From an uncultured bacterium (GTDB lineage: Bacteria; Fidelibacterota; Marinisomatia; Marinisomatales; UBA1611): a DNA stretch of 64,000 nt. The translations under genes and the position numbers were made by a program. This document shows, in pieces, positions 28,966 to 38,612 of the stretch (position 1 is its first letter; the number at the start of each line of letters is the position of its first letter). The stretch is from assembly GCA_943788175.1 (NCBI GenBank), contig CALSPG010000001.1, positions 320,001 through 384,000 of the forward strand, written 5' to 3'. Below the pieces are notes generated by a model. That model was given only the letters and a program-made list of their open reading frames with translations, made no database searches and had not been told where the DNA came from.

Positions 28966-30492
28966 TTAATCTCCTAAATTAAACTCAATACCTTGAGCAA
29001 GGGGTAAATCAGAACCCCAATTAATTGTATTCGTTTGTCGGCGCATATACTGCTTCCAAGAATCAGAACCAGATTCACGACCGCCACCAGTTTCTTTTTC
29101 ACCTCCAAAAGCACCACCAATCTCAGCACCAGAAGTACCAATATTTATATTCGCAATACCACAGTCACTACCTACGGCAGATAGAAAAATTTCTGCATTT
29201 TTAATGTTTAATGTAAACATTGAAGAAGATAACCCTTGAGGCACATCGTTATGCATTGTTATCGCATCCGCTAGGTCATTGTATTTCATAATATAAAGGA
29301 TTGGAGTGAAGGTTTCTTTTTGAACAATACTCCATTCATTATTTGCTTCAATAATTACAGGTTCAACGAATGAACCTTCTTCTGAAATTCGATTTTCGCC
29401 ACATAAAACTTTTCCTCCCATTGATACTGCTTCTTCTATTGCTGCAAAATGATTTGAAACGGCTTTTTCATTTACTACAGGCCCCATTAAAGTGTCTTTT
29501 TTTAAGGGATCTCCAATTTTTACCTGCTTATAAGCAGACATAACTTTATCAATAAGATTATCATAAATATTTTCATGGACAATAACCCTTCGTGTACTCG
29601 TACACCTTTGACCTGCAGTACCAACAGCACCAAATACGATTGCAGGAACAACCATATTCATATCAGCTGATTCATCAACAATAATACAATTATTACCCCC
29701 TAATTCGAGTATTGTCTTTCCGAATCTAGATGAGACTACTTCGCCCACATGTTTTCCGACCTTTGTTGATCCCGTGAACGAAACTAAAGGAACTGTTTTA
29801 TTATTTATCAGGTTTTCGCCAACCGTAGAACCATTTCCAATTACCAAACTGAAGATATCAGGAACATCATTAACCTTTAAAACTTCATTACAAATATTTT
29901 GAACCGCAATTGCACAAAGAGGAGTCTCCTCAGATGGCTTCCAAATGGTTGTATTTCCACAAATAGCGGATAAGAAAGCATTCCAACTCCAAACCGCTAC
30001 TGGAAAGTTAAACGCGCTAATAACACCCACCGGTCCAATTGGATGCCATTGCTCGTACATTCTATGTTGCGGCCTTTCAGAATGCATTGTCTTACCATAA
30101 AGCATTCTTGATTGCCCTACAGCAAAGTCTGCAATATCTATCATTTCCTGAACTTCACCATCACCCTCTTGCTTTATCTTACCCATTTCAAGTGAAACAA
30201 GACTGCCTAACGGGTCTTTATAATCTCTTAAAGCTCCGGCCATCTCTCGAACAAGCTGACCACGAAGTGGCGCAGGCACTTTTCGCCATTCTTTGTAAGC
30301 ATCCTTAGACCTTTTTATAATTTCATTACAGTCATCTATGGTTGATTCATAGACAGAAGCTATAATTTCCCCAGTAGACGGATTTATAGAAGATATTTTT
30401 TTTGAACTACTACCTTTTATCCATCCATTAGGGCCAGAACATGCTCCATAATTATCTTCTTTTATATTAAGTTTTTCTAATATCGTATTCAT
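28966..30492 (-). CDS. ALDH7/Pcd-type aminoadipate-semialdehyde (P6C) dehydrogenase
   Basis: [52 protein letters not shown]. Confidence 0.92.
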   Translation of the reverse strand: MNTILEKLNIKEDNYGACSGPNGWIKGSSSKKISSINPSTGEIIASVYESTIDDCNEIIKRSKDAYKEWRKVPAPLRGQLVREMAGALRDYKDPLGSLVSLEMGKIKQEGDGEVQEMIDIADFAVGQSRMLYGKTMHSERPQHRMYEQWHPIGPVGVISAFNFPVAVWSWNAFLSAICGNTTIWKPSEETPLCAIAVQNICNEVLKVNDVPDIFSLVIGNGSTVGENLINNKTVPLVSFTGSTKVGKHVGEVVSSRFGKTILELGGNNCIIVDESADMNMVVPAIVFGAVGTAGQRCTSTRRVIVHENIYDNLIDKVMSAYKQVKIGDPLKKDTLMGPVVNEKAVSNHFAAIEEAVSMGGKVLCGENRISEEGSFVEPVIIEANNEWSIVQKETFTPILYIMKYNDLADAITMHNDVPQGLSSSMFTLNIKNAEIFLSAVGSDCGIANINIGTSGAEIGGAFGGEKETGGGRESGSDSWKQYMRRQTNTINWGSDLPLAQGIEFNLGD

Positions 30493-30507
30493 TTTATCTT
30501 ACCCTAA

Positions 30508-31839
30508 TTATAGTGATGCAACTACATCTTTGACTGCGTTCGAGAGCAATTCTATTTGTTCACTTTCTATTGTTAATGCAGGAGCTAACCTTACAGTAGT
30601 TCTATGTGTTTCTTTTGCGTAAACACCTCTATCCATTAACCCAACGGAAACTTTGTGGCCATCTAAATTTTTCTCATCAAACATTTCAAAGGCTGTTAGT
30701 AGGCCTTTACCCCTAACCTCTTTTATCTTATCAGGATAGTGGTTCTGGATATCTCTAAGGTTATTCATGAGTTGTGCTCCTCTGACTTCTGCTTTTTCAG
30801 CTAAACTAGCATCAACCATGACTTTAATAGCATACGTACCAACAACAGAAGCAAGCGGATACCCACCAAACGTTGAACCTTCAGATCCAGGCGTCAACAA
30901 GCCAAGAACGTCATCTCTTCCAGCTACAAAAGAGACAGGAAGGATTCCTCCACCTGCAGCTTTACCACAGCCCATTATATCTGGAACGACACCGAATAAT
31001 TGGTGTGCGAAATTTCTACCGGTTCTACCAAAACCAGTTTGAACTTCATCCATCGATAATAAAATATTATGCTTTTTACATAGTTCAGAAACTTTAATAA
31101 AATAATCATCATCAGGTACAATTACGCCGGCTTCACCTTGAATTGGTTCAACCATATATGCGGCAATATACTCCCCTTTTTCTTCGAAGAGTCTTTGCAA
31201 TGCAACAACATCATTATAAGGTACTAATTCTATACCCGGGACAAATGGGCCAAAGTTTTCTTTAGAATCAGGATCATCTGAAAATGAAACTGCCGCTAGA
31301 GATCTACCATGGAAATTTCCAGTCGCGCCAACTATAATCGCTTCATTTGCTGGTATACCTTTTACTTCATAACCCCATCTTCTACAAATTTTAAATGAAA
31401 GTTCCCATGATTCTACTCCTGCAACTTTTGGAATAACTCTATCCATACCCGTAATCGCAGTTGCAGATAGTAAAAATGCGCTCATATATTTATGTCTAAT
31501 TGATCTCGGAACAGTCGGAAGTTTTTCTTCTTCTAAGTGTTTAATGACTGCTTTCACAATTGTCTGATTTAACTGGCCTTGATTTACCGCAGAATAACAA
31601 CATAGGCCATCAAGTATCTCTTCTTCTATATATTTAGTAATATCATCAGGATGTGGTTTTCTAGCAATTAAAGTAGAAGAATCCTTCACTTTAGAGATTA
31701 CAACATTTTCAAGAGGAGAATAATTCTGCCCGCCTTTTTCTTTTTCAATTTTTTCATGCTCATGTGGCGTTAAGTCACCGATTTTTATGCCATCGACACT
31801 CAAGTCGTCGCCATAGCCATTTATTAATACCTCTGCCAT
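30508..31839 (-). CDS. rocD: Ornithine aminotransferase-like class III aminotransferase
   Basis: YSAVNQG, RRWGY..KG, NFHGR, FGPFVPG, EPIQGEAG, DEVQTG, GK..GGG, STFGG.PLA. Confidence 0.75.
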   Translation of the reverse strand: MAEVLINGYGDDLSVDGIKIGDLTPHEHEKIEKEKGGQNYSPLENVVISKVKDSSTLIARKPHPDDITKYIEEEILDGLCCYSAVNQGQLNQTIVKAVIKHLEEEKLPTVPRSIRHKYMSAFLLSATAITGMDRVIPKVAGVESWELSFKICRRWGYEVKGIPANEAIIVGATGNFHGRSLAAVSFSDDPDSKENFGPFVPGIELVPYNDVVALQRLFEEKGEYIAAYMVEPIQGEAGVIVPDDDYFIKVSELCKKHNILLSMDEVQTGFGRTGRNFAHQLFGVVPDIMGCGKAAGGGILPVSFVAGRDDVLGLLTPGSEGSTFGGYPLASVVGTYAIKVMVDASLAEKAEVRGAQLMNNLRDIQNHYPDKIKEVRGKGLLTAFEMFDEKNLDGHKVSVGLMDRGVYAKETHRTTVRLAPALTIESEQIELLSNAVKDVVASL

Positions 31840-31888
31840 AAAAACTCTCTATTTTTTGTGATTTATAAAAAAAGAATCAATTAAAGGT

Positions 31889-32758
31889 TTATTCCTCTTC
31901 AATCGAGCTGTCGAGATTATCAACAGGTACTACATTACCACTATTCTCTTGACGGTAAGCCGCATAACCAAGGGTACCGACGATAATGAATAAAACCCAA
32001 AATGTAGCATAACTATATTCACTGCCAGAAAATTTTATGAGATCGGTAAACCTGCCAATAAGTAATGAAATGCGACCCATAACGGCAAAACCGAACGAGG
32101 CGCCAAAACTTATCATTAAGAAATAAATACCTATTTTTGAAGCTTTTCCTAGTAGGCCCTTATGCTCCTTTGAAAAATAAAAATATAGAAGTCCGCATAT
32201 CGTACCGATAAAAATAATTATATTATTAAATATTGATGGAGATGAGAGGCTAAAAACGGGCAAACTAAAGTCAAGAAGATTAACAGCCGTGCCTTTAATT
32301 TGACCAAGAACATTTGAATTCAGATAACCATATGCTTTCAGCCCAGCAGCCATTCCAACAACATATGCGATACCCCAGCGAGCCATCCAACTAAAACTAG
32401 GAATAAGACTAAGCAACATCATCACACCCAATGCTAAGGGTATTAAATAAGTTAAATGTTGGTCGTGCCCTTTATCAATACCACCTGCTGGAAAAATTGA
32501 ACTGGAGAAAAAACTAAGTATATTATAGATAGTATACATAATAGTATCTGGGTCATAATGCTTGGCTGGAAAAAGACGACCAAATAAATTTGGCTGCAGT
32601 TGAGTCCAAAATCCAAGAGACAAAAGATATCCAGCTGAAACACCTACAAAAAGATGTTCAGATGCCTTATAGAATGGGTTATCTTTATAAAGGTAAGAAA
32701 AGATGCCAATCGTTAAAAACGTGGCAACCCAAGCACCTAATATAGTCGAAAATTCCAT
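31889..32758 (-). CDS. Multi-pass membrane protein of GlmL-associated cluster
   Basis: About 7 hydrophobic segments; FSYLYKDNPFYKASEHLFVG motif. Confidence 0.75.
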   Translation of the reverse strand: MEFSTILGAWVATFLTIGIFSYLYKDNPFYKASEHLFVGVSAGYLLSLGFWTQLQPNLFGRLFPAKHYDPDTIMYTIYNILSFFSSSIFPAGGIDKGHDQHLTYLIPLALGVMMLLSLIPSFSWMARWGIAYVVGMAAGLKAYGYLNSNVLGQIKGTAVNLLDFSLPVFSLSSPSIFNNIIIFIGTICGLLYFYFSKEHKGLLGKASKIGIYFLMISFGASFGFAVMGRISLLIGRFTDLIKFSGSEYSYATFWVLFIIVGTLGYAAYRQENSGNVVPVDNLDSSIEEE

Positions 32759-32767
32759 TTTTATTCC

Positions 32768-33622
32768 TTAATACTTTCTTGATCTTTTTCGTTCTATAAA
32801 AAAAGAAATATTACCAAGAACAATAAATAGCACGATTACTAAGTGAGCTACTGATTGCGCATCCATCCCGCTTGTGGCAGAACCTTTTTGATTTATTAAT
32901 GATTCATATTCAGCGGCGCCAGGCATTCCAGCAAGCACACCAATCATTTGACCCGATTGGACATAAGGCATAACCTCATTTACCTGGATAGATGTTACTC
33001 CAGAACTCATTGGTACTCCAGTAGGGTCTGCGGCATACTGCACCCACTCGATTGTACCTGGATAGCCAGCTGAAGCACTAAACAAAAAGTCGAAATCTTT
33101 AAAATTAGTTATTCCATCCATCATAGGAATGTCGTCGACCTTTGTTTGCTTTGCGTCAACAGAAAATAGTTTTCTAATATTACTAACAATCCCTTTAACC
33201 ACTGCCTCCCCGCCAGGTCTATAACCAAGTAAAACATAATCTTCACCGTATGTTTTATTAAACTCGCCTTCTGCAACCTGTTTTAAAGCATCTTGAGCCA
33301 TAAACTGTCCATCAGGCCATAGACAGGTAACATAAACCTTTTGATCATTTCTAAATAAATGTCTCATGATACTAATAGTCATAGGATGATTTTCAGGCTT
33401 TGTACTGGGACTATATTCAATAGAAAGCAAAACATTTGACCCCTTAGGAAGCGCTTCTATAGCATCGTAGACACTTTTTGAAGTATCAGTTGCTCGAATT
33501 GGAAGTCCAATTGGCACAAGCAGAGGGATGATTACAACGACAGCAATAACAATAAATATCCACCTTCTATCGACACTGCCAATTTTTAAAAAAATATCTT
33601 CTATTTTATTCAATTTACTCAC
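32768..33622 (-). CDS. Membrane-anchored alpha/beta protein of GlmL-associated cluster
   Basis: N- and C-terminal TM helices; YGEDYV.LGY.PG, GAAEYE, MDAQSVAH. Confidence 0.75.
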   Translation of the reverse strand: MSKLNKIEDIFLKIGSVDRRWIFIVIAVVVIIPLLVPIGLPIRATDTSKSVYDAIEALPKGSNVLLSIEYSPSTKPENHPMTISIMRHLFRNDQKVYVTCLWPDGQFMAQDALKQVAEGEFNKTYGEDYVLLGYRPGGEAVVKGIVSNIRKLFSVDAKQTKVDDIPMMDGITNFKDFDFLFSASAGYPGTIEWVQYAADPTGVPMSSGVTSIQVNEVMPYVQSGQMIGVLAGMPGAAEYESLINQKGSATSGMDAQSVAHLVIVLFIVLGNISFFIERKRSRKY

Positions 33623-34439
33623 CTATATAAGATCTTTCGATTCCTAGAATATAGCGAATTGAGGTCGCAAAAATACCCAAGCCAATTCCGATCATTATTG
33701 CACGAGCACCAGCAACATTAGGATAAAAATAAATCCATTCTTGTATTGACGGAAGATAAAATATGCCAGGTTGATCTATTGGCCACCCCGTAATAACACC
33801 TCCTATAGTGACAAATGAAATACCCACAGCAACAAAAACGAAAGTGATCTTCATATCTTGTTTCAAACTATTTACATAAACACCAAGACAAAGAACAATT
33901 AAATACATGATAAACCAGGAAGATATAACACCGCCGATAGGAACTCTACCGACCATGATAATAATACCAGAGACTAAAAGCAGCGTCGCTTCAAAATTTC
34001 TTATTCTAAAAGCACGATACGAAGCTGAAGCAACAAAAAACGCCAACAAAGAAAACATTGTTGCTGACATTGGAGAAAAGACATAATCAAACATCCACTT
34101 GAAAAGAGTTCCATCTGAGGTAACGTGAGCACCCCATTGAGCGACAGAATCATCTACTCCCTTTACAAAAAAACCAGCAATAATAGCAAAAACAAAACCA
34201 AAAACAGCAATAACACTATATTGCCAACCTGGTTTTTGATACAGAACTTTCTGCAATTGTAATTTAATTAAATTTAAAGCTCCAAGGATAATCGCAAAAC
34301 TAGCTAGAACATCAAACCACTGAGTTGCATCATCCCCAACAAATTCTTTTACATTTGGTTGATCGATAAACCAACCAAAAAGGGTAATTGAGCCGATTAG
34401 CGTAACGATGAATATAGGTATCTGTCTTTTCCAGAACAT
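33615..34439 (-). CDS. Multi-pass membrane protein of GlmL-associated cluster
   Basis: About 8 TM segments; MFSLLAFFVASASYRAFR. Confidence 0.75.
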   Translation of the reverse strand: MFWKRQIPIFIVTLIGSITLFGWFIDQPNVKEFVGDDATQWFDVLASFAIILGALNLIKLQLQKVLYQKPGWQYSVIAVFGFVFAIIAGFFVKGVDDSVAQWGAHVTSDGTLFKWMFDYVFSPMSATMFSLLAFFVASASYRAFRIRNFEATLLLVSGIIIMVGRVPIGGVISSWFIMYLIVLCLGVYVNSLKQDMKITFVFVAVGISFVTIGGVITGWPIDQPGIFYLPSIQEWIYFYPNVAGARAIMIGIGLGIFATSIRYILGIERSYIGE

Positions 34440-34445
34440 AAACGG

Positions 34446-35309
34446 CTACCTTATTGTTAAATACTCTGTGATATTAAAACCAATTCCAGTTGATTCAAAA
34501 ATCGTCATCATAATCGCTGAAAGAACGATGACAGATATAACAACTAGCTTAATCATATCTTGACCCTTAACACCACCGATAAGCTCAGGCTTTTGACTTA
34601 GATATGCACTGGCCGCAAAAAACTCTTCACCTATTAATGTATAGTCACAGGCAGTAACAAAAAAAGGTATTTGTGCTTGTGAAGCGGTACCTGCTATTTG
34701 AATGGCACCAATAGAATTTCCAGTTTCAGCTAAAATAAGAGACTCGGCATAAAACTTACCCATATACATACAGGCTGCAGGCTTTTCACGCAGCATAATA
34801 CCATTAACGCCGGCAGCATAAGCAAATTGATCATCTGTCAAGTAGTGAACCATATCTTCATTAAACATATCTGGTCTACCCTCAAGCATGTAAGCTTCTC
34901 TGCAAGATTCTCTAGCAGCCTTCATCACGATAGATCTAGAAACAGGAACATTGAGACTAGTTTCATATCGAGCCGTCATCTTTGCGACATGACCAAGAAC
35001 AACCACACCAGCAACTGTTTCAACTTGATCCATGTCCTGAATTCCAGGAACGTAAAGAATCGGTCTACCCATTTCAGTAGAACGACCCACAGCTTCTTCA
35101 ACAGCTTTTAGGGCTGGAATTGGCCTTAGATAAAATTCTTCTCCGCGTTCAGCTGCTCTAATGAAATAAAGAAGAGTCGAACTAAGAGAAACGATAGCGA
35201 AAAGCATTACAAACCTTTCCGTAACGAAATAAGGATGTCCTAGTAGCCAATATGCTAGAAAAACAACTGTAATCGAAGCGATTACAAACCAAAATTTTCT
35301 ATCCTTCAA
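34446..35309 (-). CDS. DUF6754-like membrane protein
   Basis: IPAL.A.EEAVGR.TEMGRP, FAYAAG, AESLILAE, LIGEE.FAASAYLS. Confidence 0.75.
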   Translation of the reverse strand: MKDRKFWFVIASITVVFLAYWLLGHPYFVTERFVMLFAIVSLSSTLLYFIRAAERGEEFYLRPIPALKAVEEAVGRSTEMGRPILYVPGIQDMDQVETVAGVVVLGHVAKMTARYETSLNVPVSRSIVMKAARESCREAYMLEGRPDMFNEDMVHYLTDDQFAYAAGVNGIMLREKPAACMYMGKFYAESLILAETGNSIGAIQIAGTASQAQIPFFVTACDYTLIGEEFFAASAYLSQKPELIGGVKGQDMIKLVVISVIVLSAIMMTIFESTGIGFNITEYLTIR

Positions 35310-35332
35310 ATATTATCCTTAATTCCATCTTA

Positions 35333-35629
35333 CTAATCTAACATCTCAAGACGCTCAATTTCATCTAATAAAATTGATAGAGAATCTTTTTTATTTAACA
35401 GTTCTGCAGCTCTGTAATAACCATCTGTCTGAACAAAACCATTAATTATTGGTCCCATAAAAACCATTAAATGACTTCCAAGAGATGACAATGGCCGTAC
35501 CATTTCTAAAAAAAATATTGATGGCGTAACGAAACCTGAACTATGAATTTTTTTTGCTAATCTATGAATGAAATCAATATCTTGTTGAGATATTTTACCG
35601 TCAAGAATTTCTTTAGTCAAAGACATCAA
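35333..35629 (-). CDS. Small amphipathic protein of GlmL-associated cluster
   Basis: LAKKI...G..TPSIFFLEM.RPLS.LGS; 1-bp gap from the upstream gene. Confidence 0.7.
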   Translation of the reverse strand: MMSLTKEILDGKISQQDIDFIHRLAKKIHSSGFVTPSIFFLEMVRPLSSLGSHLMVFMGPIINGFVQTDGYYRAAELLNKKDSLSILLDEIERLEMLD

Positions 35630-35630
35630 A

Positions 35631-36758
35631 CTAATCAGTCTCTACAACTTCTAAATTAGAACGTGGAATTTCAATCATCTTACCTTCAATATTAATAATT
35701 GCAACTCTAACCATTGTTTCAGACTCCATTTTCCTTAATTCAGACGGAAGCTCTTTTACAGACCCAATTTTACCAAAATTTGGAGATCGGATAACTCTAA
35801 CTAAGCTACCTTCAGTCATACCAGACATTTTTTTTGAATTCTCATCATTATCTTTTTGGCTGCTTGCATCAGTAGGAATAATTATCTCGGGCCTTATTAC
35901 ACCAGCGCGTATTTGAGTAGCACCATTAATTGAGGCTAATCTGTCACTATTTTCTTTCAATAAATCAAATGTTTGCGCTCCCATTTGGATTTTGCCATAA
36001 CCTTCTGTAACTATTAAAGAAGTAACTAAATCCTCAGAGCCAGTTATAGCCACACCAAGCGTGTATCCTAAAATTTCTTCTAAGTCATAGTAATTAAAAC
36101 CGCCAACAACAACACCAGCAACTTTGCATTCTAAGGCTTTTTTGTAGGCTTCTAAACTAATAAAACTACCGCCTACAATTATCATTCCCTCATGTTCAGG
36201 AAGAATCATGTCAGCACTAATTTCAGAACTTCTATCTTCTGAAAGCATCTTGATTTTTCCTCGGCTTTCGCCTCCTATACCAAAGATACCCTGTACAAAA
36301 GAACCGTAGCTTTTTATTACCACACCTTCTTCAGTTATTACCTCATGAACAATACCTCGTATGTAAGCATCAACTTCAACGGGAATTGGAGCTTCTCTAA
36401 TCACAATTTGCCCTGTAATATTGGAAACTGACTCGACTGTGCCATCAACGGGACTATTTACACTGGACTTAAAATATCCAAAGATGCCATTAGTTTGTGC
36501 AATCAAATCATTTTTACTTACCTTAGAACCTTCTTTTGCAATCATAACAGTTTCAACATCGGAAGCATCAATATTCAACTGATTGGCGACGTTAACCATT
36601 TGCACATTTCCTGGCAAATCTGTTTTTGCAATAATATCTTCAGGAGCTACAGTATCTCCAACCGATGTATCAACAGACCCCTTTAGCGGAAGCCTACGCT
36701 CTTTTAAAATTTTTGTTTTCTTTAATACCTTTAAACCTGGTGTATACGAATGAGCCAT
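35631..36758 (-). CDS. Barrel-sandwich-hybrid plus C-terminal KOW-like protein
   Basis: V..GD.V / SPVDGTVESV hybrid motifs; QGIFGIGGE; C-terminal G..VRVIRSP.FGKIG.V. Confidence 0.7.
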   Translation of the reverse strand: MAHSYTPGLKVLKKTKILKERRLPLKGSVDTSVGDTVAPEDIIAKTDLPGNVQMVNVANQLNIDASDVETVMIAKEGSKVSKNDLIAQTNGIFGYFKSSVNSPVDGTVESVSNITGQIVIREAPIPVEVDAYIRGIVHEVITEEGVVIKSYGSFVQGIFGIGGESRGKIKMLSEDRSSEISADMILPEHEGMIIVGGSFISLEAYKKALECKVAGVVVGGFNYYDLEEILGYTLGVAITGSEDLVTSLIVTEGYGKIQMGAQTFDLLKENSDRLASINGATQIRAGVIRPEIIIPTDASSQKDNDENSKKMSGMTEGSLVRVIRSPNFGKIGSVKELPSELRKMESETMVRVAIINIEGKMIEIPRSNLEVVETD

Positions 36759-36759
36759 A

Positions 36760-38577
36760 TTACTTACCTAATTCAGGATATTCATCAACAGCATCAGACC
36801 ATTTTTTAAGATCTGAAATACGTTTTGAAGAAGACTTTTCTATCTGCAGAGGTCTACCACGACCATCAATGATAATTCCAACCTGCCCACCAAATATTTT
36901 AGTATTTATTTGTTCTCCAGTGCCAGCGCCTACATCAACACTTTTTCCTGGAGTTAAAGTAGCTTTGACTTCTTCATAGCCCACTTTAATTCTTATTAAA
37001 TCACCGAAACCAATATCAATGTTTTTCTTATCGCCATTTTTAAATTCTAAATTCACGTTAAGAATTTTTTCACTACCGTTTACCTTGCCAACAGGTGCGA
37101 TACAAGTACCAAGGCGAATTAAACAGTCTTTTTCAAAAACCTCTAGCGCAGCTATCCTAGCCTGCTCAGCAATTTCTTTATTTTCAATATTTGCCATTAC
37201 GCCTAATTGAGGCATCATAAAAATTGAGTCTACAGCTAGTGAAGTAACTCCTTCAGGCAAAAAACTATCAATTAACATTTTTGCTGACTGCTCTCTCCTA
37301 GGTGCATGAGATAAAACGCCACCAGATCCAACAATGAGATCAAGCTCCATCATATCTACAAGAGATTCACCAGAGTCGGATTGCTCAAAAGCATCTGAAA
37401 TAGTTCTTTCTTTTTGAACACCTTTGAGATTTACCGCAAAAGCTTTGTGTTGTATAAACGATAATCTTAATGCTTCCCTGGCTATCGCTTGCTCAATTAC
37501 AAGCTCTTCCAAACTCTGTGGAACTGTTGTTGGGCGAATCATTTTATTACCAATTCTATTGGTTAATTCTTTTTCATCGATATCAAAAGGCACCCAGCGA
37601 AGAACATTAGGCAGCGATGCTTCTGCAAGTACGTTACAAATTGAATAACTCATACCAAGATTTGCGCTGACAGTTCTATTAAACTGATTTTGAAAAACAG
37701 AAAAAATATCGGTAGTCGCCCCTCCAATATCAACGCCAACAACAGAAATATTTTCTTTTTTAGCGACCATTTCAATTAGCGCACCTACTGCACCAGGAGT
37801 CGGCATAATCGGAGCATCTGTCCAACTCATAAGCTTCTTGTATCCAGGAGCTTGTTGCATGACATGTTCCATAAACAAATCATGTATTTTATCTCTAGAT
37901 GGCTTGAGATTTTCTTGCTCTAAAACAGGTCTAATGTTTTCTGTGACATCAAGATCTGTAAGTTTACCAAGTGTCTTTTTTATGTCAGAGGTTGCTTTTT
38001 TATTTCCAGCGTAAATAACGGGTAGCTTATAATTTTGGCCTAATCTTGGTTGTGGATTCGCAGCAGCTAATATTTCAGCTAGTTCAACCACGTGCTTTGT
38101 GGTGCCACCATCAATCCCGCCAGAAAGCAAAATCATATCGGGTCTTAATTGTCTTATTCTAGTAATCTTTTCATGTGGTTTTCTGCCGTCATTAGCGGCA
38201 AGCACATCCATCACTATAGAACCGGCACCAAGGGCCGCCCGCTCAGCGCTTTCTCCAGTCATTGATTTAACAACACCTGCTACCATCATTTGAAGTCCTC
38301 CACCAGCAGAACTAGTAGATATGTAGATATCTACGCCATCATCTTTTTTCTGAGGCGTAATAATATTTTCACCGTCAAGTATTTTTCGACCTGAGAGCTC
38401 TTCAATCTCCATTGTAGCATTTAGAACGCCTCGAGTCACATCTTCAAAAGGAGCCTCAACAGTTGTAGGCGCCTCACCTCTAAAGGTTAAGCGATATTCA
38501 CCATCAACAAATTCAATTAAAATTGCTTTTGTCGTTGTACTTCCGCAATCGGTAGCCAGTATAGAACGAAGTTTCAA
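36760..38577 (-). CDS. Glutamate mutase L (GlmL/MutL)-like ASKHA/actin-fold ATPase
   Basis: DCGSTTTK (phosphate 1), SSAGGGL, LLSGGIDGG, MPTP, VDIGGATTD (phosphate 2), GSGGVLSH. Confidence 0.85.
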   Translation of the reverse strand: MKLRSILATDCGSTTTKAILIEFVDGEYRLTFRGEAPTTVEAPFEDVTRGVLNATMEIEELSGRKILDGENIITPQKKDDGVDIYISTSSAGGGLQMMVAGVVKSMTGESAERAALGAGSIVMDVLAANDGRKPHEKITRIRQLRPDMILLSGGIDGGTTKHVVELAEILAAANPQPRLGQNYKLPVIYAGNKKATSDIKKTLGKLTDLDVTENIRPVLEQENLKPSRDKIHDLFMEHVMQQAPGYKKLMSWTDAPIMPTPGAVGALIEMVAKKENISVVGVDIGGATTDIFSVFQNQFNRTVSANLGMSYSICNVLAEASLPNVLRWVPFDIDEKELTNRIGNKMIRPTTVPQSLEELVIEQAIAREALRLSFIQHKAFAVNLKGVQKERTISDAFEQSDSGESLVDMMELDLIVGSGGVLSHAPRREQSAKMLIDSFLPEGVTSLAVDSIFMMPQLGVMANIENKEIAEQARIAALEVFEKDCLIRLGTCIAPVGKVNGSEKILNVNLEFKNGDKKNIDIGFGDLIRIKVGYEEVKATLTPGKSVDVGAGTGEQINTKIFGGQVGIIIDGRGRPLQIEKSSSKRISDLKKWSDAVDEYPELGK

Positions 38578-38612
38578 ATTAAAATTCTCTAAGTATAAAC
38601 GTTAATTAATGT

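Noticed and set aside
36760-38577. Functional glutamate mutase pathway, or DNA mismatch repair MutL
   Set aside because: No GlmS/GlmE or B12-binding DxHxxG subunit is in the window; the motifs are ASKHA-type, not GHKL.
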